The translations under genes and the position numbers were made by a program. From NCBI GenBank assembly GCA_016700135.1, contig CP065004.1:210001-242000 (forward strand): a DNA stretch of 32,000 nt. Reading direction: 5' to 3'. The stretch is from Candidatus Saccharimonadota bacterium (GTDB lineage Bacteria > Patescibacteriota > Microgenomatia > UBA1406 > GWC2-37-13). Of the stretch, positions 21,010 through 31,043 are shown piece by piece (the first letter of the stretch is position 1; every line of letters begins with the position of its first letter). Under the pieces are notes generated by a model that searched no databases, had not been told where the DNA came from, and worked only from the letters and a program-made list of their open reading frames with translations.

Positions 21010-22036
21010 ATGTTCCGTTCAGCACGATTCAAACTAACGGCATGGTATCTCCTCATTATTATGTCCGTAAGCATCCTTTTTAGCGGCATCATATACCGTG
21101 TCCTGACACTTGAAATTACCCGATTTGACCGTATGCACCGCACGCGGATCCAGGAACAGCTTGAAGAAGGAAGGTTTATTCCCTTGCCGCCCGGACAACA
21201 GCGATTACGTGCAATGATGGAAGATCCTGAATTGGTTGAAGAGTCCAAAGATCGCGTTCTCTATGCTTTAATTGTCCTGAATAGCTCAATTTTTGTCATT
21301 TCCGGTGTGCTCGGGTACTTGCTCGCCGGTCAGACACTTCTTCCGATCAAGGAAATGACCGATGAGCAGAAGCGTTTCATAAGTGATGCCTCGCATGAAA
21401 TCAAAACTCCGCTTACTTCGCTTAAAACAGCCTTTGAGGTTTTTTACGCAGCAAAAAGAAAACTATTACAGAAGCTCAAAAAATCATACAGGACAGTATT
21501 GCCGAAATTGATAAGCTTCAATCTCTTTCTGATGCACTCCTCAGACTCTCGAACTTTGAAAACCGAATCCGTCTGTATTGACGACATAATTTCAATAGAA
21601 ACCGTTGTAAATGAAGCTACGAAAAAGGTATCCTACCTTGCTAAATCGAAACATATTGCAATTAAACACGCAGGAGATTCATTTACTATGAAGGGAAACC
21701 GGGATTCGATCGTTGATCTGGTGGTTATCATTCTGGATAATGCTATTAAATACAGTTCTGAAAAGTCTGTGATTGATATCAAAACAACAAATGTATTTTC
21801 GGCCGGAACGATTGAGATTCAGGACTATGGGATGGGTATTGATAAAAGATCTTCCGCATATTTTTGAACGATTTTACCGGTCTGACCGGGCACGGACAAA
21901 ATTAAACGGAAACGGTTACGGTCTTGGATTATCTATTGCCAAAAATTGTCGAGATTCACAAAGGTCAAATTTCCGCTTCTTCTGAGCCGAAAAAGGAACA
22001 GTCATTTCCATCCGGTTCCCTATCACAACTGTCTAA
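21010..22036 (+). CDS. Sensor histidine kinase (2 TM, HisKA, HATPase_c) cognate to the OmpR-type regulator; frame breaks.
   Basis: [67 protein letters not shown]. The ATG at 21010 directly follows the upstream TAA. Confidence 0.75.
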
Positions 22037-22101
22037 TCTTCTTTAAGCTCTTTTTCAGATTGACTTCGTATAGTAATGATATGAAAGGAGGTGAAACATA
22101 C

Positions 22102-22583
22102 ATGGAAAAAAAAATTATACTTCCGGTAGCAGTATTGCTGATCACAGGAGCCGCTTTCTTCGGAACTGCAGCTTATGCTCAAGTCAACCAAAATAATCAG
22201 GGAAATATGGCTCAGGAACTTGCTCAAAAGCTGGGAATCGATGAGGCAAAGTCCAAACAGCATTCGACGAAATCAGAAATGAACATCGGCAGGAAATGCA
22301 GGCTCAATTTACTGAGCGTCTCAACCAGGCTGTGGCTGAAGGAAAGCTGACTGAAGATCAGAAAATCTGATACTCAAAAACATGAAGAAATGCAGGCTCA
22401 GCGTGAAACAGAACGGAGCAGGTACAAAATATGTCCCGCGAAGAACGAAGAGAATTCATGGAGACAAGACGTGAAGAAATGCAGGCATGGGGAGAATCAA
22501 ACGGTATCGACCTACAATATTTGATGGGCCCTCAGGGCGGTCAAGGAAAGGGAATGGGAATGCACGGCGGATGGAATAAATAA
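22102..22583 (+). CDS. Secreted helical repeat protein (YckD/DUF2680- or Spy/CpxP-like); frame breaks.
   Basis: A strong SD (AAAGGAGGTGA, 22084-22094) precedes it. It has a signal peptide (MEKKIILPVAVLLITGAAFFGTAAYA) and then Q/E/K-rich repeats (AKVQTAFDEIRNEHRQEMQAQFTERLNQAVAEGKLTEDQK ... EERREFMETRREEMQAW). Confidence 0.45.
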
Positions 22584-22604
22584 AGGAATTCCCGAAACTT
22601 GAAT

Positions 22605-22638
22605 AACTCCTTAAGGACGCTTAAGGAGTTATTTTATT
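22605..22638. terminator. Hairpin plus T-tract between convergent genes; candidate bidirectional intrinsic terminator.
   Basis: AACTCCTTAAG (22605-22615), GACG loop, CTTAAGGAGTT (22620-22630), then ATTTTATT. This is a perfect 11-bp stem. Confidence 0.6.
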
Positions 22639-24562
22639 GTAAATACTTCTTTCCCTGCTTCGTTTCAAGTAGTCCAAAAGCTCAGATATCCTGACTGACG
22701 CTCCGCAAACCACTTTGTCAGCCCCTCCGTAATACAAATGTATCATATCTCCTTTACGATCTGACCGCAAGGGAATACAACATTGTTGACAATCCCTTCA
22801 CGTTCATAGACATACTCTGGTTCAAGAATCGGATATGGTGCTCTGCCGAGCACTTTGTGACATCATGCAGATCAAGCAGTATCACACCCAGCGATAATGC
22901 CGGTCGATTGCACTTATGCCGTGATAGAAAATAATCCAGCCTTCTTCTGTCTTGACTGGAGGGCCGTTTACCCCGATTTTTACGGCATCCCATGTCCCCT
23001 GCTGGGGAGTTATCTTCCCTATTGAGCCAAGAAATGCTCCGTTCTCAAAATCAAGGTTTTCCATTTCAGCGATAATGATATCTGGTTCAATACGGTGAAT
23101 AAAGATGTATCTGCCGTCTACTTTTCGGGAAATAAAATACCGTCTTTATCACGCACCTCAGGTGGAGATATTATTTTGGGATATGCCCATGCATCCCAGT
23201 TGCGGGCAAGGAATTCCGTGACAGGAATTGAGGTCATTGCAAGCGCGGCAACAAACCGTCAAACGCCGTGTACAACATATAGAGCGTATCATCGATTTGT
23301 GTGATTCTGGGATCCTCAGCTCCTGCCATCATACCCTTTTCTCTCGGAAGCTCATATTCCGATCTCAACGGATAAATCTGTCCGGTCAAACGCTCATCGA
23401 TATGATATCCGTCCGCACTGACAGCCAGACCGATATATGACTGGTTGTCCTCAGACATTGTTCTGTAGACTATATAAACAATATCATCTATTTCAATTGC
23501 CGCCGGATTGTATACGGCTTTGCTCTCCCACGGATGCTCGGGGATTGCCTTCAAGATTGGATTGTAGATAAATTTATCGCATTTAAGTGTGGCCGGAGCA
23601 TTGATCTCAAACCGGGACATGAACTCCTGCAGATTACCTGTTGCAACTGCGCAGTAGCTGTCAGCTGCACCATAATAAACCCGTATTTCATCATCAACAA
23701 TAAGAGCACCCTCCGGAAAAACGACATCCTGTATCTGCCCTGTCTTTTCATAACCTTCCTGCGGAGTAAGCAGTGATTTCTCGATTCGACCTACCAAATG
23801 CTTCGGGTTTTCCAGATCAAGAAGTGCGGCTTCAATGCGGAATTCTTTTTCAACATTCTGGCTCAGATAATGTTTGATATACGAGTAAACAAGAACCCAT
23901 CCTTTATCTGTTTTCAAAGGCGTTGCTCCGATCTCAACCTGATCACTATTTATCCTTCTTAGATTGACAACATGATCATGAAGATTGTCGCACCACTTCT
24001 TCCAGAAGGCTTGATCCCAAAGTGTTGAGAGTTCTTCGAACTGAGCTATTCCGATCTGTGAAGGCGGCAGGTCGCTGTTTGCCGTGACAAGCACTGTGTA
24101 TTTGCCGTTAATCTTTTCCGGGAACATCACCATAGCTTTCGCATTAAACGGTGTTACCAGATGTTTCTCGGTAATCGTCTCAAGATCATCAGAGATTGCA
24201 ACCGCAACGTGAATCCCCTGTGCATTGGGTGGCCAATTCCCTAAAGCCGTATAAAAAATCAGATATTTCCCGTCTATCTTCACTACCCGGGGATCCTCAC
24301 AACCGAACATCTCCCACTGATGATACGGCTGGATAAACAGTTCCCGCTTGTCAAAATGAATGCCGTCACGGCTTACTGCTTTTCCGATTACGGAGAGTCT
24401 CAATTTCTTCCCTTTATGAATTTGCTCCTCCCCCATTGCACGATAAAACATCACATACTCATCTCCGTGACGGATCACACTCCCGTTAAAAGCGGCATAT
24501 GACTCCCAGGGATTGTCTGGATTTGGTTTAAGAATAGGATTATCTTTATGTCTTGTTAGCAT
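22611..24562 (-). CDS. Tandem double GH130 (beta-mannoside phosphorylase/hydrolase family) protein. The first module is intact (23234..24562); the second is frame-broken about 5 times.
   Basis: Module 1: NPILKPNPDNPWESYAAFNGSVI...FGCEDPRVVKIDGKYLIFYTALG...GATPLKTDKGWVLVYS...VYYGAADS. Module 2: NPILKAIPEHPWESKAVYNPAAI...GAEDPRITQIDDTLYMLYTAFDG...GVNGPPVKTEEGWIIFYHG...HLYYGGADK. The exact stop (22611 or 22634) depends on one more possible frame change. Confidence 0.8.
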
Positions 24563-26259
24563 TATTGATAGAGTACCTCATGAATTTCAAAGGAGTGAAG
24601 CTGAGGGGTTTCATTTGATTTCAGTTGATTCAGGAACTCATCTACAACGGCAGTTGCGACACACACATGTGAATCCGCGCCGCCGTAGTACACGAAAAGA
24701 GTATCTTTGATGATGACTGCACCGCATGGATACACAATGCCCGGTTTGAAACCGACATTTTCATAGTGCTCCATCGGCTCGACAATCGGATGATCTGTCC
24801 TGTACAGTACTTTTGTCGGATCATCAAGATCCAGAAGCATTGCTCCGATGAGGTATTTACTGTCATCGCGGTCATCAACACCATAGTAAATCAGCAGCCA
24901 GCCGTCTTTTGTCTTCAAAGGCGGCGCCCCGGCACCGATCTTCCGGCTATCCCACTTGTCGGGCCGGACCTTTATCTCATGTTCCCCTTTCAGGAAATTT
25001 GTTTGTCCGTCAAAGTTCAAATCATCGACAAAATCAATCTGTATGTTCGGAAAAACACGATGGAAGATCACATATTTCCCGTTTATTTTTTCAGGCAGAA
25101 GACATCCGCTTTTATCTACGACTCCCGGTTTTGAGATAAGAACCGGTTTCTCCCAGTTCCATCTTTCATTCAAGAAATCGTTGATATGTATGGATGTCAG
25201 TGCAAGACGCGGCGGAGACCAGCCGTCAAAAGCCACATACGTCATATACACACGATCCCCAATCTGGGTGACCCGCGGATCTTCACAACCGCCGTAACTT
25301 CCTCCAGACATGAAGTCATAATTTGCATCCCCGCTGTCATTTTTTCAAAATCTTCCTGAGGTGCAAAGACGGGGACAGGAGATCTCCGGTCAATCGCTAC
25401 CCCGTCTGCAGAAGATGCATATCCGACGGCAGAAACATAGTCATATCCCTGAGCTCTGTACAGAATGTGAACTTTTCCGCCCGCATACAAGGCTGCGGGA
25501 TTGAATGTCGTAAAGGATTCCCACGAATTGTCTTCATTCGGAGCAATAATGGGATTAGCAATATGCTTGTTCAGTTTATATTTCCGGATTTTCTGAGGAT
25601 CGTAGAGAAATCCAGTGTGAGATACGGCATAAATGACTTCATTGTTCACAAACCAGTAGCTGACGATTTTGTCATCAAGAATAACCGATCCTAAGGGGAA
25701 TAACGAGCCTTCCTTTCCAGATTTTTTTTGTTCCCAGATCGGTTCTTCAAGTTCCCAGATCAGCTCTTCCGGATTGTCTTTATCAAAAAGGGCAAGATAT
25801 GCTTCATAATGCTGCTGTCCGTCCTGTATCTGCTTACTGAAAAACAAAACAAGGTTGCCGTCAGGCCTCTCAAATACATTGGAAAGTTCGAGCGGTTTTG
25901 CCGAAATAATAAGAGGCTTTTCCTGAGGCTGCCACCCTGTTTTGTCATCAAAATAGGCTATTCCAATACTTCTGTCACCGAAATATACTGCTTTCTTTTT
26001 TGTTTTTTTTCCTTCCGGGTATGGCGACAGCAAGAGGTAAATTCTCATCACGTTCTTCTTTTTCAGCATGTCCGGTCAAGTTGAAGTTGAAACCGTCTTC
26101 ACTTGAGGAAGCCCAGATTTCCCCGGTTTTCTTCTTCTTGTATTGATAAATCAGTTTTTTATCTTTTTGAAATATACGAAGCGGAATGTCGTCGGGAGAA
26201 ACAAGAGATGTAACAAAAAATTTTCGTAATTTAAGTTTTATTGCATCAAGAGAAGTCAT
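24562..26259 (-). CDS. GH130 family protein with an extra N-terminal beta-propeller-like (degenerate GH130-like) domain; about 2 frame breaks.
   Basis: C-terminal module: NPIIAPNEDNSWESFTTFNPAAL...GGCEDPRVTQIGDRVYMTYVAFDG...GAGAPPLKTKDGWLLIYYG...FVYYGGADS. The N-terminal ~250 aa lacks an EDPR motif. The stop TAA overlaps the downstream ATG (TAATG at 24560-24564). The first ATG is at 26259 (TTG at 26277 is possible). Confidence 0.8.
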
Positions 26260-26355
26260 GGCCGTGTGAAAATACAAGGTATACCTTCATCATACAATGA
26301 TAAAAATTCTTTTACAATATGAAAATTTGGAAAGTACTAAAACCCTAAAAAAAGA

Positions 26356-27471
26356 CTATTTCAAAGGAATTTTTATGATCCGGTCATCTGTCTCTCCAGG
26401 ATTCCCCCGACCGTCCTTATTACTTGTCGCAATATACAAATAATTATCCGGGCCGAGTGCGGCAACACGAAGCCTTCCGTACTCATCATTCAGAAGCTGA
26501 CTTAACTCACCAAGTGACTCGCCCTGAATGGATACTTCGTAGAGAGATCTCCCGCGGAGACCGACAAAGTAAAGTGTATCCTGAACGATTGCGGCACCGG
26601 CGGGTGCCCAGGTGTCTGAGGAACCTGAATTAATAACCGGTGCAATCATCTCACCTCTCGTTTCCGTCCCTTGTATATCGGGCCAACCGTAATTTCCTCC
26701 TGCCCGGATCAGGTTGACTTCATCAAACCCGGACTGAATACCAGATCTCCCGTGCTCTGTCGACCAAAGCTGACCTCGTGCGTCCCATGCCAAACCCTGA
26801 GGGTTGCGGTGACCGTACGAATATACCAAATTTTCAAATGGATTCCCGGGAGCCGGTGCCCCAGTTTCGGTAACCCGAAGGATTTTGCCTGCTAAAGAAT
26901 CAGTATTCTGGGCAAGTGAAGGGTTCTGAGCATCACCGGTCGTGATATACAGATACCCGTCAGGTCCGAATGCAATCCGACCTCCGTTATGATTTTGCGC
27001 TCCGGGAATATTATCAATAATGGTTTCCTCATCTGAAAGTGCGGTATTGTCATATGTCATTCTGACGACTCTGTTTTTTGTACCGTTCTCATCACCTGAA
27101 TAGGTATAGTACAAATAAACGTAACCATTTTTCTCAAAATCCGGATGAAGAGCCATTCCCATAAGACCGCCTTCACCAATCTCCCGGGCATCGGTAATTT
27201 CCAAGATCGGCTGCGATGATAATTGTCCTGAAGGATCAATATATCGTACTGTTCCTTTTCTTTCTGTGACAAGCATGCTCTTGTCGGGAAGAAATACAAT
27301 CTCCCATGGAGTATCGAGATTTTCTGCTACGACTGATTGTTTGCGCGGTGAGCTTTCAGCAATCCGGCTTGCAGGGGATGTGGCGGGTGACCTGGGTTTT
27401 CTGTCCAGATAAAGATATATTCCTGAAAAGATCAGCGTGACAGCCACAAGAATGATCCAGCTTTTATTCAT
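26356..27471 (-). CDS. PQQ-dependent (soluble glucose/sorbosone dehydrogenase-like, YliI/Asd family) sugar dehydrogenase with an N-terminal anchor; intact.
   Basis: GLMGMALHPDF, RVVR, HNGGRIAFGPDGYLY, YSYGHRNPQGLAWD, EHGRSG...DEVNLIRAGGNYGWP. The ORF is open to a TTG at 27492. The ATG at 27471 (MNKSWIILVAVTLIF) lies 7 nt after TATACT. Confidence 0.85.
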   Translation of the reverse strand: MNKSWIILVAVTLIFSGIYLYLDRKPRSPATSPASRIAESSPRKQSVVAENLDTPWEIVFLPDKSMLVTERKGTVRYIDPSGQLSSQPILEITDAREIGEGGLMGMALHPDFEKNGYVYLYYTYSGDENGTKNRVVRMTYDNTALSDEETIIDNIPGAQNHNGGRIAFGPDGYLYITTGDAQNPSLAQNTDSLAGKILRVTETGAPAPGNPFENLVYSYGHRNPQGLAWDARGQLWSTEHGRSGIQSGFDEVNLIRAGGNYGWPDIQGTETRGEMIAPVINSGSSDTWAPAGAAIVQDTLYFVGLRGRSLYEVSIQGESLGELSQLLNDEYGRLRVAALGPDNYLYIATSNKDGRGNPGETDDRIIKIPLK

Positions 27472-27551
27472 AAAATGAAGTATAAAAAGCAATTATCAAA
27501 ATTGTGTAATGATTATGAAACTTGCAGTACAAAAGCCCTGTGATGAAGAAA

Positions 27552-28739
27552 TCATTTTACCGGTTTGACCGGAAGTTCAACGATGAAAGTGGAGCCTTTA
27601 CCCGGTTTGCTTTTCAGGTGTATCTTCCCTTCATGCGCGGCAATGATCTGGTGTGTAATATACAGTCCGACACCCAACCCTTTGATGTTCCCGTGACCGT
27701 TTCCGCGTTCAAATCGCCCGAAGATCTTACTTTGCATATTCTTGGGAATACCCAAACCCCGGTCCTGCACAATAATATTGTACCGATCTGACTTTTTCTC
27801 GATCTTTACATCAATCGGTTTGTTGTCTCCGTATTTGATCGCATTCGTGAGCAGATTGGTAATCACCTGCTCTATGCGGACTTTATCATAAATGCCGACG
27901 CATGATCCTTTTATGTCGGTGGTGATCGGATGGTCGGGTTTGCGCATCGAAATTTTGACATGCTCGACCGCTTCTTTGACAATCACGGCAAGATCAATCT
28001 CTGTCGGTTCCAATTTCATTCTTCCTGTCGTAATCAAAGAAACATTTGATAAATCAGAAATCATTTTTGAAAGCCGGTCGGTCTGCTGTTCGACACTTTC
28101 AAGCATGTCCATGAGCTTTTGAACGGAAAAATTGGCTAGTGACACGTTTCTGATATTATGAAGCGCTCTCTGAATCTGCAGAAGTGATAGAGTCAAAGGA
28201 GTTTTCAATTCGTGACTGGCAATGGATAAAAACTCATCACGTGCCTTTATCTCGGCCTTAGCAAGTTGATTTCTCTCTTTCTCATCGCGGATAAGATCAA
28301 GAAATATATTATGTCTTTTCTTGTATTCTGATACTTCATCTGTACGCTTTGCCTTGTTCAGGAGAAAGATAACTAAATAATTAACCCACATGAATAAGGC
28401 GACATTGACTGCCGTCCCTATATACTGCTGAAACGGAAGCTGAAATGACGGAAGAAAGAAATAGACATATCCTGTGGTACATACGGCAAGAGCTACCAAA
28501 CCGATTCTTGTAGTCCCGAACCAGCCGCTCAATATGACGGGAATACTCAGGAGCAGAAACGGATCAATATCCATATATCGTCTGACGAAAAGAGTTACTG
28601 CAACTATGAAAAGACTGCCGGATACGGTCCCTCCGAACTGCAAGATTTTCTCTTTTACATACTTCCCGTCTGCCGTCGAGAAGTAGTTTCGTAAGGTTGT
28701 GAGGTAATGTGAAGCCATCATAATATTAGAGCGTATCAA
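27552..28739 (-). CDS. Orphan sensor histidine kinase (DUF4118-like TM domain, HisKA, HATPase_c); intact.
   Basis: TTGYVYFFLPSF, FLSIASHELKTPLT, VITNLLTNAIKYG, DRGLGIP, GLGVGLYITHQII, GKGSTFIVELP. Alternative ATG starts lie at 28721 and 28718. Confidence 0.85.
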   Translation of the reverse strand: MIRSNIMMASHYLTTLRNYFSTADGKYVKEKILQFGGTVSGSLFIVAVTLFVRRYMDIDPFLLLSIPVILSGWFGTTRIGLVALAVCTTGYVYFFLPSFQLPFQQYIGTAVNVALFMWVNYLVIFLLNKAKRTDEVSEYKKRHNIFLDLIRDEKERNQLAKAEIKARDEFLSIASHELKTPLTLSLLQIQRALHNIRNVSLANFSVQKLMDMLESVEQQTDRLSKMISDLSNVSLITTGRMKLEPTEIDLAVIVKEAVEHVKISMRKPDHPITTDIKGSCVGIYDKVRIEQVITNLLTNAIKYGDNKPIDVKIEKKSDRYNIIVQDRGLGIPKNMQSKIFGRFERGNGHGNIKGLGVGLYITHQIIAAHEGKIHLKSKPGKGSTFIVELPVKPVK

Positions 28740-28835
28740 TTATATAGGAGCCTTTCAGAGAAAACAATTTTATATCATTAACCGATGTGTATTGTCTTTA
28801 TCCTGCCAAAAAATAAGGTACACTATTGAAATACC

Positions 28836-29744
28836 ATGAACAGTCAGTCACTTTCCCGTTTTATCTGGTTGTCGATTGCAGCCGCCGTAGTTACTATCAG
28901 TTTGAAATCACTTGCGTACTTTGTCACGGGTTCCGTCGGACTGCTTTCTGATGCGCTCGAATCAATTATCAATCTGGTCGCTGCCGTGTTTGCGCTTTTT
29001 ATGCTCAAACTGGCGGAAAAGCCTGCGGATAAAGATCATCTTTACGGACACACAAAAGCCGAGTATTTTTCCAGCATATTTGAAGGAACCCTCATTGTGA
29101 TAGCGGCCGTTACAATCGGGTACAGCGCAGTAGAACGCCTTTATAACCCTCAACCTATCCAGCAGGCAACAATCGGAATCGGGATTTCGGCAATCTCTAC
29201 ATTAATCAATCTTGTCGTGGCTCTCACACTGTTACGGGTAGGAAACAAATACAAATCCATTACACTCGTTGCTGACGGACATCATCTCATGACCGATGTC
29301 TGGACGTCAATCGGAGTCGTGGCCGGAGTCGCTCTGGTCTGGGTGACTGATATCCAAATTATTGATCCGATTGTCGCACTTGTAGTCGCGGCAAATATTA
29401 TCAGGACGGGATACTATATCCTGAGACAGTCAATGATGGGTCTTCTTGATGTATCACTGCCTGAAGATGAAATGCGGAAAATTAAACAAATTTTAAAAAA
29501 ATATCACGAAACTAACGGGATATCATTTCACGGACTCCGAAGCCGCCAATCGGCGACACGGAAATTCATGTCCGTCCATATCCTCGTCCCCGGAACCTGG
29601 TCAGTCCAGAAAGGCCATGATCTTCTTGAAGAGATAGAAAAAGATCTGCGGAACTCTCTTCCTGGAATTACAGTATTTACTCATCTGGAGCCGATTGAAG
29701 ATCCGAAATCACACGAAGATATTTCTCTTGATAGAGTGCAGTAA
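28836..29744 (+). CDS. Cation diffusion facilitator (CDF) family divalent-metal efflux transporter; intact.
   Basis: 302 aa with six TM segments. It carries LLSDALESIINLV and HHLMTDVWTSIGVV metal-site motifs and a C-terminal cytoplasmic domain. Confidence 0.85.
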   Translation: MNSQSLSRFIWLSIAAAVVTISLKSLAYFVTGSVGLLSDALESIINLVAAVFALFMLKLAEKPADKDHLYGHTKAEYFSSIFEGTLIVIAAVTIGYSAVERLYNPQPIQQATIGIGISAISTLINLVVALTLLRVGNKYKSITLVADGHHLMTDVWTSIGVVAGVALVWVTDIQIIDPIVALVVAANIIRTGYYILRQSMMGLLDVSLPEDEMRKIKQILKKYHETNGISFHGLRSRQSATRKFMSVHILVPGTWSVQKGHDLLEEIEKDLRNSLPGITVFTHLEPIEDPKSHEDISLDRVQ

Positions 29745-29773
29745 CACCTGGTCTTTTATAACTCACCTTCAGT

Positions 29774-30937
29774 TTATCTATTCTCTCGATTTTTGAAAAG
29801 AAGCAAGTACAATCCTATCGTCGGGATGCGGACAAGATGCAAAACCAAAAGTGCATGTGCCGGTGAAAAGACATCGGCAAAAGCACCGAGAAGATATGCA
29901 ATTATTCCGAAAAAAATACTGCCGACAAATGAGTTCAAAGAGCCCATCGTTGCCCGCTGCTTTTGGGTAAATTCTTTTTGCATGAGTGAGTTTTCAGATA
30001 CCGATGCCACACCGTACGTAAGTGATGTCGAAGACATGAGTACGGGAGAAAGAACGGAAGGAAAAGCCACAGCAATAATATTGACAAGGCGTGAATAAAG
30101 ATCTGTCACAAACAGGAGTTTCGGTGCTCCGAATTTTTTAATAATCTTCCCGCTATACCAGAAACTGGCCGTAGCTCCGATATTTGAAAAAGTTTTTGCT
30201 ATTCCGATCGCCCATACCGGCCAAAGCGTATTGTAAAACGCGGCCTGAAATAAGTACGAAGCTTCTCCGAATCCGAATGAAAGAACTGAAGTAATGCTCA
30301 GCAACCTGAGTTTATAATTTTTTACAAATATACGGGCCGCTTCTCCGATATGCTCATAGATATTCCCGGTTTCTTCCGTTTGCACCTCAGGATCGATAAT
30401 ACGAAAGGCTATCAAAAGACATGCTAACTGTGAAAGGACAGAAAGCCACATTACCAGCGGAAATGACCAAACAGCAATAATTCCACCGACCACGGCTGAT
30501 ATTCCCAGTGCTATCTGAAACATTGAATCCAGCTGCCCTACATACTGATCATATTCATCCTCTCTGCCCTCCTGCGACAATGTATCATGCAAAAGTGCAT
30601 CGTTGTTCCCGCTGTAAAATGACCGTGACAATCCTTCAAGAACCGCGCCGATCACAAGTATCCAGAATGATTGACCGACAGCATAAAACACTGAATACAG
30701 GACCGCTGCTGCCGCTCCGAAAATGATTGTTTTCCTTCTTCCGACAAAATCGGAGAGCACACCGGTCGGGACTTCAAAAAGCGCCGATGATACCATTGTG
30801 ATGGAGAAAATACTCATCCCGAGAGCATACGAGCCGGTGACCTGGGCAAAATAGATGATAGCGATCGGTGCATACAGCCTGAGATCGGTAAAGAAATTAA
30901 ACCACTTCAATAGTTTTATATTGTTCTGAAGAGACAT
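29774..30937 (-). CDS. MFS transporter; intact.
   Basis: 387 aa with about 12 TM segments. The loop 2-3 motif GVLSDFVGRRKT is present. Confidence 0.8.
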   Translation of the reverse strand: MSLQNNIKLLKWFNFFTDLRLYAPIAIIYFAQVTGSYALGMSIFSITMVSSALFEVPTGVLSDFVGRRKTIIFGAAAAVLYSVFYAVGQSFWILVIGAVLEGLSRSFYSGNNDALLHDTLSQEGREDEYDQYVGQLDSMFQIALGISAVVGGIIAVWSFPLVMWLSVLSQLACLLIAFRIIDPEVQTEETGNIYEHIGEAARIFVKNYKLRLLSITSVLSFGFGEASYLFQAAFYNTLWPVWAIGIAKTFSNIGATASFWYSGKIIKKFGAPKLLFVTDLYSRLVNIIAVAFPSVLSPVLMSSTSLTYGVASVSENSLMQKEFTQKQRATMGSLNSFVGSIFFGIIAYLLGAFADVFSPAHALLVLHLVRIPTIGLYLLLFKNRENR

Positions 30938-30943
30938 ACGATA

Positions 30944-30952
30944 ATTATAGCA
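30944..30952 (-). promoter_or_regulatory. Extended -10 box (TGcTATAAT) for the MFS gene; predicts a leaderless mRNA.
   Basis: On the minus strand, TGCTATAAT is followed by 6 nt (TATCGT) and then the ATG at 30937. Confidence 0.5.
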
Positions 30953-31043
30953 GGAGTTATTACATTGTATCTTTCTTCAACATAATGACAGTATTTATAC
31001 TGTCTCAAGATAGTTACAAGTAGTATGCCAGATGTTGCTGGTA

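Noticed and set aside
23534-25297. Several 60-120 aa plus-strand ORFs inside the GH130 genes.
   Set aside because: They are antisense to strongly family-like GH130 coding sequence. Their composition (R, S, C and F-rich) is typical of shadow ORFs.
26100-26360. A horizontal-transfer boundary or mobile-element junction at the switch from frame-broken to intact genes.
   Set aside because: I saw no integrase, transposase, tRNA target, direct repeats or obvious compositional shift at the boundary. A technical quality boundary is more parsimonious, and it is reported as a finding to be checked.
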